Of a stretch of DNA of 64,000 nt, positions 23,798-35,704 are shown in pieces; the stretch's first letter is position 1, and each line of letters begins with the position of its first letter. This DNA comes from Chiloscyllium plagiosum. Its lineage: Eukaryota. The DNA lies in NCBI RefSeq assembly GCF_004010195.1, contig NC_057749.1:7027416-7091415 (forward strand). Direction: 5' to 3'. The notes beneath the pieces were generated by a model, which searched no databases, was not told where the DNA came from, and saw only the letters and a list, made by a program, of their open reading frames with translations. Position numbers and translations under genes: made by a program.

Positions 23798-25010
23798 TCA
23801 GGCCCTTGTACACGTATGAGTAATCATGATGTAACAAGTGTCCTGACCACCCCATTAACCCGTAGAGAATCGAATACTAGTGGCACAGACAGGAGGATCT
23901 TTAAGTGGGCATCAATTATCCAGGCAGGCTTCCAGAGGTAAGCAGGTGAAAGAGTCCCTACCGGTCTTATTAAACACTCCCTGCCACCAAACTCACCCCA
24001 GAAAAGGGCATGGAATTCTGGCACAGGTTTCATGGATTGGGGAGAACTGCTCAGGAAATGTAAAGGACCTTATATATTCACAGTGCCCAGCACCCCAAGT
24101 GCTGTTAATCTGATTTGGTAACTCTCGTCTTGTCTTGCTGCTGGCTCTTAAATGGAGAGCTGCAAAAAAAAAAACGAAATCTCACTCTCTCGGCACAGTT
24201 TGTACCTACGTGTATTTCAGATGCTTGTACATTAAAGATACACCATGTAAATATATGGTATGTCAATCTTGTGTTTCCGTCGCAAATATACCGTGATTGT
24301 CAGAACGGGATAAGTCAGTGCTCGCAATGCACCACAATCGATGCAGATTGTAAGCCTGACCTTATCCCTCTGCTGACTTTGTCATTCATCAAGCTAACTT
24401 TCTGCGTTATCTATCACAGCACGCCACTGATCCTGACGTGTTTCCTTATCTCTCCATGTTCATTTGTTAAAGGGTTTAAATTGCAACAGAATGCAAAAGG
24501 GGATATGTCTTCAGCTCAACGCTTGCTGCATTCCAATAGGCAGCTCCTGACAAGCGTTTGCTGGCAATTTAAGCACTCCTTCCTCATTCCACAGTTGCTG
24601 CATACTTCTGGCTGCGCAATTATCACCAGTGCTAAGAAGCACTTGGTTGACAGCTTTCAACCCTTAATTTATGTCTGCCTGATCAAACTTCAGTTTATGC
24701 CTCGCCCTTCCTCTAATCCCACCACACAGCATATGGCACAGACAGCTGTAGAACAATGAGTGACAGAAGGAGAAGGACCCAGAGTTCCCGCTCATGTCAA
24801 GTCAAGGACTGGGCCTTGTCACTTTTGCTGTCATCGTCATAATGCCCAGGCAAATAACTGTGACCTTCACCACATGTGCAGAATGCAAACATTACAATAC
24901 AAGCTGACAACTGCAATACTCTCTCGCGCCTTTTCATCCGAGAAGAGTTGGCATCGTTAAAACATTTCCCCGTTTCAAATCATTTCTTCAGCCCTATTGC
25001 CAAGCATTAA

Positions 25011-25305
25011 GGGTGGCACGGTGGCTCAGTGGTTAGCACTGCTGCCGCACAGCGCCAGGGACCCAAGTTCAATTCCAGCTTTGGGTGACTGTCTGTGTAG
25101 AGTTTGCACATTCTCCCTGTGTCTGTGTGGGTTTCCTCCCACAGTCCAAAGGTGTGCAGGTCAGGTGAATTGGCCATGCTAAATTGCCCATAGTGTTAGG
25201 TGCACTAGTCAGAGGGAAATGGGTCTGGGTGGGTTACTCTTCAGAGGGTCGGTGACTTGTTGGGCCAAAGAGTCTGTTTCCATAGTGTAGGGGAATCTAA
25301 TCTAA
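25011..25305 (+). mobile_element. HE1-type V-SINE
   Basis: gggtggcacggtggctcagtggttagcactgctgcc...gaatctaatctaa. Confidence 0.93.
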
Positions 25306-25659
25306 GAAACCTTGCCTTCCAAGTTTATATTTGTACATATCGACCTAAAATGGTAAAGCCTTTACTTAAGTCTGTCATTCTGTGCTTCCACAAAGCAGTC
25401 AGATTGCACAAAATAAGCCACTATCTCCACAACTGACATAATTCATTGTGAACTGAATTGCCTTAGTAGGTATTTACATCTTAGTTAGAGCCCAGAGCAT
25501 ATCTCTGGTGATTTTCCAATGTTCTTTAGTCCAGGGTGCAGTTGTGATATGCAAATAATAACTTGCACCCACATAGCACCTTTCCCAGCCTCAAGGTGCT
25601 CCAGCTTTCTGGATTAAAAATAATTTAACAACTTCTGAGCCCGAACTCTGTTTTTAAGC

Positions 25660-25915
25660 TGGGAGAAAGTGAGGATGCTGGAGATCAGAGTCGAGAGTCT
25701 GATGCTGGAAAAGCACAGCCTGTCAGGCAGCATTTGAGCAGCAGGAGAATCGACGTTTCGGGCATAAGCTCTTCATCAGGAATGAGGCTGGTTCCTGATT
25801 CCTCATTCCTGACCCTCATTCCAGATGAAGGGCTTACGTCGAGAATGTCGATTTTCCTGCTCCTCGGATGCTGCCTGACCGGCTGTGCTTTTCCAGCACC
25901 ACACTCTCGACTCTG
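25660..25915. mobile_element. Fold-back mini-PLE family A; hammerhead core on - strand at 25752-25779
   Basis: Inverted arms. TSD actctgtttttaagc at 25645-25659 and 25910-25924. rc core CTGATGA-A-GAGC-TTAT-GCCC-GAAA-CGTC. Confidence 0.88.
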
Positions 25916-26084
25916 TTTTTAAGCAGCAGCCTGTATTCTATTATCACGTCCTCGCTTTCAGACAGTGCTGGTTGTCAGTCTGCCATTAACACCGAATCCA
26001 GACCCATACTTTGTTTCTTCACACCTTTTGTCTTTTGTTCAAAGATGCCTTTGCTTTTTAATCTCTCCCTTATCACATGCCTCA

Positions 26085-26700
26085 TGACCATAAGATATTG
26101 GAGCAGAAATCAGCTATTCAGACCATTGGGTCTGCTCTGTCATTCAGTGAGATCTGATAATCCTCAATTCCACATCCCTGCCTTTGCCCCATAACCCTTG
26201 GTTCTATTACTGATCATAAAGCTGTTTTGAATATACTTAATTGGCCCATCTCTACAGCTCTCTGCAGTAAAGAATTCCATAGATGTATTGCCCTCTGAGA
26301 GAAGAAATTCCTCCTCATCCCTGGGGTAAATGGGTGACCCCTTAGTCTGCGATTATACCCTCCAGTTCTAGACCACCCCACAAGGGTAAGCAACTTTTTT
26401 GCATCTACACTGTCAAATTGCCTCAAAGTCTTGCATCTTTCAATAAATTTGCCACATTTTTACGAACTTCAATGAGAACTGGCCTAACCTACTCAAACGT
26501 TCCTCATAAGACAATCCCTCCATCCCCAGCTTAGCGAACATTTTCTGTACTTCCTCCAATGCCAACATTATTAAAGGGACCCAAAACTGTTCACAGTTTT
26601 CCAGCCACAGTCTGACTAGTGTTTTGTATCATTTTAGCAAGACCTCGCTGTTTTTATACTCCACTTCCTTTAAAATAAAGGTCAACATTCCAATCATCCC
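26085..26700 (-). mobile_element. CR1 LINE 3' portion
   Basis: ORF 26214..26426(-) ...SRTGGYNRRLRGHPF..MRRNFFSQRAIHLWNSL. Confidence 0.85.
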
Positions 26701-26798
26701 TTGAATTCTCACCCTAACCGCATTAAACACATCACATTTCCATCTCTCTTTAGTTTTAAACAAGATTCAAATTCCATTCCCAATGTCAACCCTATTTT

Positions 26799-26912
26799 TA
26801 ATGAAGGGCTTTTGCCTGAAATGTTGACTCTCCTGCTGATGCTGCCTGACCTGCTTTTCCAGCACCACATTCTCAACTCTGATCTCCAGCATCTGCAGTC
26901 CTCACTTTCTCC
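26799..26912 (+). mobile_element. PLE family A pLTR end
   Basis: atgaagggcttttgcctgaaatgttgactctcctgctgatgctgcctgacctg...ctgatctccagcatctgcagtcctcactttctcc. Confidence 0.82.
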
Positions 26913-27378
26913 CTGTTTCTCTTTTTGTTAAAGCTGTGTGGAACTACAGGACCTCTCCAACACTTTCTGTTACTGTTTCAGATGTTCAGCATTTGCAGTA
27001 TTTTCCATTTACTTTTGTGTAGAAAAATACTCAACAGTCAGTGAAGAACAGTCTGAGATCTTCCTATAATTGACCCAATGCTTCACTAGACATCGCTAGC
27101 AACATCGCCATTTATTCTTCTCCCTTATACAACTAAGCAGCTTGTTTATTTTCATTTCAGAGGGCTGTTAAGGGTCAACTCCTTCGCTGCAGATATCAAG
27201 TCACAAACAAGCCAGAAGGACATTAGGGAAGCAGATGGGTTTTTACAATATAGTAATTTCATGGTCACTGCTAATGATAACCAGCTTTTTCATTCAAGTT
27301 TTATGTAAAGAATTGAGTTTAAACTCCACAGTTGCCATAATGAGAGTTGCATTCAAAGCCTGGATCTCTGGATTATTA

Positions 27379-27589
27379 AGGAGGAGAAAGTGAGGACTGC
27401 AGATGCTGGAGATCAGAGCTGAAAATGTGTTGCTGGAAAAACGTAGCAGGTCAGGCAGCATCCAAGGAACAGGAGAATCGACGTTTCGGGCATTCCTGAA
27501 GAAGGGCTTATGCCCGGAACGTCGGTTCTCCTGTTCCTTGGATGCTGCCTGACCTGCTGCGCTTTTCCAGCAACACATTTTCATCTCTG
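27379..27589. mobile_element. Young fold-back mini-PLE family A inside a SINE-C copy (27095-27625, -)
   Basis: Near-perfect ~75-bp inverted arms. TSD atctctggattatta at 27364-27378 and 27583-27597. Core CTGAAGA-A-GGGC-TTAT-GCCC-GGAA-CGTC at 27496-27523. Confidence 0.92.
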
Positions 27590-29139
27590 GATTATTAGTC
27601 CCTTAACACTACCAATATGCCACCCTACACTGGGAGGTTCGAGGGCAGCAAGATCCCATAAACAGCATCGAGATATCGCCCAACCTGATTTTCCAGTCGA
27701 CAGATCCAGAGATAAATATTAGCCGGCATGCGAGGAAGAAAGATTTCCTGGTTCTTTTTCAAAATGGTGTCATGGGATTATTTACATTCTGTTTTCACTC
27801 ACAGGATGTAGGTGTCACTGGCTGGTCCAGCATTTATTGCTCATTGCCTGGTTGTCCTGGAGAACATGGTGGTGAACCACCTTCTTGATCTGCTGCAGTC
27901 CATTTGGGGTTCACCCACAAGTCATAAGTAATGGGAACAGGAGTAGGCCATTCTGCCCCTCGAGCCTGTTGCCTCGAGGGAGAGGAATTCCCCAGCTGGT
28001 GGCATTCACACGCATCTGCAGTCCTTGTCCTTGTAGATCGTGGGTTGATGAAACAGGTAGAAAAGGCCATCGTTTGATGCCTCATCAAAAAGACAGCATC
28101 TCTGACAGTGAAGCATTCCTTCAGTAGGGTGCCAGCCACGTGTATTCAGTTTGAAGAAATGGGACTTGAATCAGTGTCCTTGTCAGAGGTGAGAGTGCTG
28201 CCTATAAAGGTTGACTTTTAGCCTGCTCCAAACAGGCAAATCCAGCCAGCTGCTGATTACAAACTGCTGAGAATGTTACACGTCACCTTCGAGACCCAAG
28301 TCAAATGAATAACTTTCTGTTCCTTCTAAAAGGTGTATTGTAACCACAGTAAAATAACATACATACTGTTATTCAAGCTTGGAGTGAACAGCAAGTAATA
28401 CAAAAAATGCTTAAAGCATTTTTATTGCGTTAACACAGTTGCAGAAATATTGATGGACATAAGATGCAACTTAGTTGAAACTTATTGTAAGTTTTATACA
28501 TTTCTTGGAAGAAATAGTTAATAAACTTGAGGAGAATTATCAGTATAATATGCTATTAATTTCCTTTAATGAAACAATAGCCATATGGTTCTTAGTTGGC
28601 TGTAAAGTGGTTTGCGGCATATTAAAGTCATGGCAGACACTAAATAAATGCAAGTTTTGTTTTAAATGAATTTATATAGAGATACCTGCAGTGAATGAAA
28701 GAAACAAAAAAAACATAGTTCGAGATCTAATCAGAAGATTTATTTCACAATTTTTTTAAGATCTTGTAGAAATTTTGTTTGAAGAGCTTCTACTAACGAC
28801 ATGAACCTGCCTCCTTTTTCAGAACTCAGTAACAATTCTAACCCTCTTGCATTAGATTTGAACTTCAAACTCACCCCCTAAATTGAATTCACGGCCTATT
28901 TAGCCTTTCTGGACTATGCAAGCATTTTTATTCGGTGCAAGCTGCCTTCCAAGCCTACTCCATCTAATCCTAACAGTAGATCTTCTTTCCCATTCCCTGT
29001 CAAACTTCCCCTGAAAATAATCGCAACTCTTTTTTCTTTAGTTGCACATTGGACTTTCTTACCAGATATTGAGCAGTGATATTTCTCCTGAATTCCTTAT
29101 GATATTCCTTGCTGGCTTTTTAATATAGGTTGTTTTTCC

Positions 29140-29745
29140 CTTTATTCATTCATGGGATGACGGCATCGCTGGCCAGGCCAGCATTTATTGCCCAAAGGGC
29201 AGCTAAGAGTCAACCTATGGGTCTGGAGTCACATGTGGGCCGGACCAGGTAAGGATGGCAGTTTCCTTTCCTAAAGGGCATTAGTAAACCAGATGGATTT
29301 TTCCAACAATTAATAATAGATTCATGGTCATCATTAGACTCTTAATTCCAGATTTTTTTTTAAATTGAAAAATTTAAATTCTACCCAGGACATTAACTAG
29401 GTCTCTGGGTCTCATCCCAGATCCAACCCTCCAACTCAGCGCTGTCCTCTTGAACTGTCCTGTCTATTCATCTTCCTTCCCACCCATCCATCCATCCATT
29501 CCACCCTATCACCATCACTCCCGATCTGCATCTACCTATCGCCTTCCAAGCTACCTTCCCCCCAGCCCCATTTATCTCTCAGCCTCCTTCCCCACCCCAA
29601 AATACTTGATGAAGGACTTTTATCCGAAATGTCTCCTTTCCTGTTCCTTGGATGCTGCCTGACCCACTGTGCTTTTCCAGCGCCACACTTTTCATCTCTG
29701 GATTAACAGTCCAGTGACAATACCATTAGCCCATCACCTCCCCAC
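29140..29745 (-). mobile_element. SINE family C split by a PLE 3' fragment (29410-29700, +)
   Basis: SINE-C resumes at tctctggattaacagtcc. The insert has a C-rich PLE 3' UTR, then ttgatgaaggacttttatccgaaatgtc...ggatgctgcctgacc. Confidence 0.8.
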
Positions 29746-30839
29746 CAATAAAGTTGAAGACTGCAAATACTTGTAATCTGAAATAAGCAAAAAGCATTGG
29801 GAATACTCAGTACATCAGGTAGGATCTACGGAGAGAGAGAGAGAGTTAATGCTTCAGATCACTGAGTTACAACGGAACTCAATTAAATTGATGGACCTGC
29901 AGTCAGGTCTCTTCCACAACAACCTTTACATTCACCTTTTCAGATTCCTTCATAATGTTAAAGACCTCCCCCAGATCAATGCCCAGAAATGCCTGGAAAA
30001 AGAAAGCCTCCACCTGTTCAGAATTGCCTGACGAATATGGGTAACTTTTTCCTTGCTGAGGTCTTCGTACAAACTCTAAACTCTGGTGCCACGATCAATT
30101 TAGATCCCACTGTTGAGCAACCATAAAGCTATTAGAAGGAGCTTCATCCATCAATTTTCACGTTGCCATTATCCCAGCCGGGACCCTCAATGTTCGTGTA
30201 TTTGTCAACACAAATTTCTGGATTTCAAGCAACTAATTGCTGACGATGGGGCTTGAAGTAATGACAAGTGCTTGATAAATGATCAAATCAAGCCAGGCAC
30301 TAACTACCGAGGGATACCAATTAAATCATCATCACCCTTTTAAAAGGAGGAACATTTGGCAATAACGAGAAAGCAATAGTGCAGAAGAGAATTGATCTCT
30401 TGTTTGTATATTTAAAGGTTCCAATTTTGATGGTACATCATTTAGGAGGCCCCACCCATGCCTGAGCAGGATCACCAAATATTTCTTTAAAGATAAGTCT
30501 ATCTTTCACAGCAGGTGATATAAATTCCTCCAGGCCCATGCAGGCTAATGTGTTTCCGTAGAATTCCGGCCTGCCCTATTTCAGCTGCATCATGGGCTGC
30601 TTCTTCTGAGCAGGTGGCTGACCAAGCTGACAGAATCTGTGTGTTAATCAATGTCTTGAGGAAATGAGACACTAAGAAGTTAGTTTTCCCACCAATACCA
30701 TTGCCCTTTGTATCTCAAGATGTGAAGGCACCAGTTCTGATTGGGATACCAACATATTGACATATTATAAAAGGACAAGTTGGTTCATCTCTTATCCCCA
30801 CACACTTTGCTTCATTGCAATCAGTCTTTGCAATTTTTA

Positions 30840-31270
30840 AAAATTAATTCACAGGATGAGGGCGTCGCTGGCTGGGCCAGCATTTATTGCCCATTCTAAG
30901 GGCAGTTAAGAGTCAACCACATCACTGTGGGTCTGGAGTCACATGTAGGCCAGACTGGGTAAGGGTGGCACTTTCCTTCCCTAACGGATATTAGTGAACC
31001 AGATGGGTTTTTCCACAATCAAGTCATGGTCATCATTAGATTATTAATCCCAGATATTTATTGAATTCAAATTCCACCATCTTCCATGGCAGGATTCAAA
31101 TCCAGGTCCCCAGAACGTTATCTGAAGAAAACTCGAAATTTGAACCTCCTACTTTGAAATCTCCTTCATCGTCATCCAATGATGTGTTGCATGTGTCTCA
31201 AATCACACCAGGTTCCATTTCCCTCACACTCCTGGATGAACAGTCCAGTGATAATACCACAAGCTCATTG
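30840..31270 (-). mobile_element. SINE family C split by a ~110-bp insert (31121-31232) homologous to 32380-32480
   Basis: Well-conserved SINE-C on both sides; insert begins ...ctcgaaatttgaacctcctactttgaaatctcctt. Confidence 0.8.
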
Positions 31271-31599
31271 CTTCCACCAATTCCAACTCCAACACTCCCT
31301 CAACCTCACTGAAATTCTCCATTTTGGGCTGGTTAAATGTAAGTGTCTTACTTTCTAAAATGAAGACTTTTTCTATGTTATTTGTTCACCACATGTGGGT
31401 GCTGCTGGTTAGGTCAGTACTTATTGTCCATCCCTTACTGTCCCATGGTGAGCTGCCTTCTTGAAGTGCTGCAGTTCTAGGTGTGGTTGGGACACCAAAG
31501 TGATGTTTGGAAAGAGGCTCCCGGGTTTTGAACCAGCGACAACAAAATTCCAAGTCAGTTAAGCGGGCAACTGGCAGGTGACAGGGCTCCCCTCCATTA

Positions 31600-32015
31600 C
31601 AGGAAGGTGCTGCCAAAGGAGACTTACCAAAGCTAAGAGTGGTATACATTGAGGTGCCTTTCCTGTGGAAAAACCCGACATTGCTACACTCATGAAGGTC
31701 ATAGCCTTATCCCTTGCATCACATCTCTATGTAATGGGTGTGATAGAGGTCACTCAGGGGCTCCAAATGGCACCATGTGTTTTTAACTGCTTATTGTCAA
31801 CTGGAGCAATGGATACTGATGGCAGAGGCTCCAAAAACCTTTCTGTTATGAGATTGACCAGGAAACTCTCTCGTTCTTACTGTCTATCATTGGCATGTCT
31901 TGAAAAGATTTGGCCATAACATGAACACACCTTCCTTGGCTGTTAGGTCCATAGGGCAGGACTCGAACCTGTAGTTTCTAGCCAAGAGGCAGTGAGAGGA
32001 TCACTACCACACAGA
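31600..32015 (-). mobile_element. Long tRNA-headed SINE family D (old)
   Basis: rc ggttcgagtcc...acagccaaggaaggtgtgttcatg...gagagagtttcctggtca matches the elements at 52270-53060 and 48660-48920. The left boundary is uncertain. Confidence 0.55.
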
Positions 32016-32339
32016 GCCTCGATAACTCTGAGCGTGCTTGATCTGGCTGTTTACACTTTGTGTCCTCACATAAGGACAACCTCATTGAAATATCCCAAAC
32101 AAAGTGAATACTTTTTTTTCACTGTTCTTCACCCTACTGTATTTCAGCATTGCTTCCAAGTGAAGTTTATAAACTATAGTTCAAGTACTGCTTTCAGATG
32201 GATCTTAAACTGATGCCCAACTAACATTCTCAGGTGAATGTAATAGATGTTGTGGTGCTCTATTGAAGAAGAGAAAGGACTTCTACCTCGTGTTGGCCAA
32301 TATTTATCAGAGACAAACATAAGGGTTGTGGTGCTATTA

Positions 32340-33140
32340 GGTAGTAGGGCTGCAGATTTGGAAGGTGTTGTTGAAGTAACCTCGAAATTTGAACCTCCTA
32401 TTTTGAAGTCTCCTTCCATCATCCAAAGATATGCTTCATGTATCTCAAATTGCAACAAGTCCCATTTCCCTCACACTCTTGTATTTGCTGACCTTCATTG
32501 GCTTGCTGTCCAACAAAGTTGTATTTCTAAGATTTTCATTTTTGCTTTCAAATCTCTTAGTGGCCCCAACTCTCCCTATCTCTATAATTACCATGATGTG
32601 GAGGTGCTGGTGTTGGACTGGGGTAGACAAAGTTAAAAATCACAGAACACCAGGTTATAGTCCAACAGGTTTATCTGGAAGTGCTAGCTTTTGAAGCACA
32701 GCTCCTTCATCAGGTAGCTAAAGAAGGAGCAGTGCTCTGCAAGCTTAGAACTTCCAAATAAACCTGTTGGACAATAACCTAGTGTTGTGTGATTTTTAAC
32801 TCTGTAATTACCTTCAGTCCCTCTGCAGCAACTTCACTGTCCTAATTCAGTAATTTTGCTTGAGAAACTCAGCAGGTATGACAGCATCTGTAAAGGGAAG
32901 GCAGAGTTAACGGTTCGGCTTCAGTATCCCTTCTTCCGAACACCTCTAATTCTGGCCTGTTGTGCCTTTCATTTTATAACTGCTCCACTCCACTGGAATT
33001 CTCTCCACACATCCCTCCACCTCTCCACTTTGCTTTTCACCTTTAAAACCTGAACCTTTGACTAAGTGGTTTGATGTTATGTCTTGTTTTATACTGTTCC
33101 TGTACATTGCTTTGGGATGCTTGATTCTGTAAGTGACACT
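32340..33140 (+). mobile_element. L2 LINE 3' remnant, interrupted by PLE-B (32593-32801) and a PLE-C end (~32855-32940)
   Basis: ORF 32247 ends ...HTLVFADLHWLAVQQ..ISKIFIFAFKSLSG..SPYL, the L2 'LHWLPV' C-terminal motif. Confidence 0.75.
32593..32801. mobile_element. Fold-back mini-PLE family B
   Basis: Homologous to 3603-3798. TSD ctctataattacc (32580-32592) / ctctgtaattacc (32800-32812). rc core CTGATGA-A-GGAGC-TGT-GCTTC-AAAA-GCTA at 32684-32713. Confidence 0.82.
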
Positions 33141-33473
33141 ATGTATAGGTAAGTTTTTCTTCTTGTTTATTAATCTGTTTCAATAATGTATTTAGCCTGT
33201 GATTGTATTTGACTTGTAGGTAGTAAACAGTGAACATGGGACACTGATCTTTCTGAAGAAAACAAAGATACATGCAGCATTACAATTTTTTAAAAATCAC
33301 ATTTCAATGTTTTTAAAAACATTTTTGATCTTTGTGCTTCTGCATTAATCTTAAGTGCGTTTCGTGAATGTTTTACTCTCTTTCAAGTTTTAATCAAAAG
33401 TAATGGATAACTCAGTTCCTGATTGGCTGTCCTGGAGCATGCTTCAGTGTGATTGGCTGCTTATCCTGTTTGG

Positions 33474-33596
33474 AGGAGAAAGTGAGGACCGCAGATGCTG
33501 GAGATCAGAGCTGAAAATGTGTTGCTGGAAAAGCGCAGCAGGTCAGGCAGCATCCAGGGAACAGGAGAATCGACGTTTCGGGCGTAAGCCCTTCTT
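33474..33596 (-). mobile_element. Young PLE family A pLTR end, single arm
   Basis: ggagaaagtgaggaccgcagatgctggagatcagagctgaaaatgtg...gaatcgacgtttcgggcgtaagcccttctt. Confidence 0.88.
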
Positions 33597-33969
33597 TATT
33601 TTGAAGAGGAAGGAATTTCCCCTGGTGGTGGTCATTATTTATTGCCGAAATAATATTGCTGGAAAGCGGGTCACCATTGCACTGATGTTTGTGGGAGATT
33701 GCTGTGTGAAAATTGGCAACTTCCTGCATTAAACTAGTGAGTATATTTCATTGACTGGGCTGGAATGGGAACATCTTGGAGAGGTGGAGTGTTTTGTGGA
33801 GGGAATTCCAGCATTTGGGACTGAAATGGAGCGGTTATAACAGGGAAAGCACAGAGGCCAGAATTAGAGGAATTCGGAAGTAGACTTGCTGAAATCGAAC
33901 CGTTCACTCTGCTTTCCTTCCACAAGCGCTGTCAAATCTGCTAAGTTTCTCCAGCAATTTCTGTTATTG

Positions 33970-34260
33970 TTACAGAATTAGGGGAGTGACGTTATTGCGG
34001 AGGGTCATAGATCTGAAGGTAATGACAGAGATATGGAGGGTTGGGGCCATTGAGGGATTTGAAAGCAAAGATGAAAATCTTAGAAGTAACACTTGTTGGA
34101 CAGGGAGCCAATGTAGATTAGCTAGCACAGGAGTGTTAGGGAAATGGTAGTTGGTGTGATTTGAGAAACATGCAGCATTTGTTCGGACAATGAAGAAGGA
34201 GATTTCAATAGGAGGTTCAAATTTCATGGCTCCTTCAAACCTGTAGCCCTACTCCCTGGA
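33970..34260 (-). mobile_element. L2 remnant, inverted paralogue of 32340-32850
   Basis: ORF 33970..34227(-) KFEPPIEISF...HFPNTPVLANLHWLPVQQ parallels KFEPPILKSP...HFPHTLVFADLHWLAVQQ. Confidence 0.75.
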
Positions 34261-34559
34261 AGGGCAACAAATGTATGAGAACACCATTCCTCTTTGAGCC
34301 ATACACTATTGTGACTTGGAAATATATCACTGTCCCTTCATTATCGATGGGTCAAAATCCTGGAACTCACTCCCTTACAACACTGTTGGCAGACTTACAG
34401 TGCATGGACTGTAGTGATTCACGATGACAGCTCATCAGCACCTTCCCCATAGTCATTAATGATTGACGATAAATGCTGGTCTAACCATTGACACCCATGT
34501 CCCATGAACAAATAAGTATCTTGGCTTTCTCAGTACTGAATAATCTCAGTGCTGACTAC

Positions 34560-35173
34560 TGTGATGAAGCTGCTCCTTTAACAAGATTATGGTGTTCTTG
34601 GTTTTCTTTCAGAGAGATTGTAAAAGACATAGACTCCGAAAAGTCTAAGTTGAAGGGTTTTAGGGCCAGTTTGATTATAGCCACCAGATGCTGCCTCAGG
34701 CAACAGGCTTTCAAGTTTTTGAAAAAAAGCACTTGTACAATGAAAGGGGAGTGGCCGGTTCTCCTAGCTCAGCTTCCTCTGGTTTGGTTTGGGTTTTAGC
34801 ATTAGTGTTGTAAAAGCTGCTGGGCCCAAAGAAGCAGGTCCTTGCTGACCTCTCTCCGACATCTCTCCTGTAAGACCCTGTGTTTGATTTTACCTTTTGT
34901 GCCATGTGGGTGTTTATGGGGATTGTTGCAAGCAATTGGAGCAGCATCATTAGGTTTTCAGACAGATTAAGTTATTCTGTACTCTGGTCTCTCTTGTTTG
35001 TGTTTCATTCAGTAATCTTGTAAATAAATGCTGCTTTGCTTAAAATTAAATGGGTTGGTCAGTTGGAATCACCCTGGAATATCCACGTTGCACCTGCTTA
35101 AAATAATGAGCAAAGTTAGTGTCTGGGTAACTTTCTTGAAATGTTTTGAGGGGGTCTGGCCTGGTCCATAACA
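34560..35173 (+). mobile_element. Solo LTR (probably Gypsy-type), 614 bp
   Basis: Ends TGTGATG...CATAACA form an imperfect inverted repeat; AATAAA at 35023-35028; flanks ctac/ctag (3 of 4 match); related to 56569-57010. Confidence 0.7.
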
Positions 35174-35704
35174 CTAGGCTCCAACTACAGGAGATCTGAC
35201 CAGGATGATTGTGCTTGACTCTTAATCTCTGTTGACATTTGCTTTTGGGTTTCACCCCCGAGTGGCCATTTTGACACACTGAGCCCGGGCAGCTGAGGGA
35301 GAGGGATCATTCCTTTGCACAAATGGCTCATATACAACTGTGGACAGATTGGCTAAGGAGTGCCACTGCGTGTGTGAAGGAAAATAAGTGCCAGCTCTCT
35401 TATATTGTTCTCAATAGAGGAATGCAGCTATACAAAAATGACTGTACAAACTCACAAACACTGCTTAGCTGCAAAGGTTCTGAACAAAATAGCTAATTCA
35501 AGTTTTGTTCTTTTTTTTTGTCAGTACATATTAATGTCCATTTATTACACCTGCGTACACATGACAATGGCTGCCTATGCTCTAAGACAGAGGTAGAGAG
35601 AAAGAACATGAAAGATAATCAGAGAAACAGTGTTGGAGGCAGATCCAAGGTAGAGGCAGAGAAAGAGATGGAGAGATTACCATCAGCCTCTGTTAGTGCC
35701 TTCA

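Noticed and set aside
24115..24759. 214-aa ORF, the longest gap-free ORF
   Set aside because: Non-ATG start, no recognisable domain, and composition typical of non-coding DNA.
25011..25090. tRNA genes at SINE heads
   Set aside because: A and B boxes are present, but the sequence continues into SINE bodies without a complete cloverleaf or terminator.
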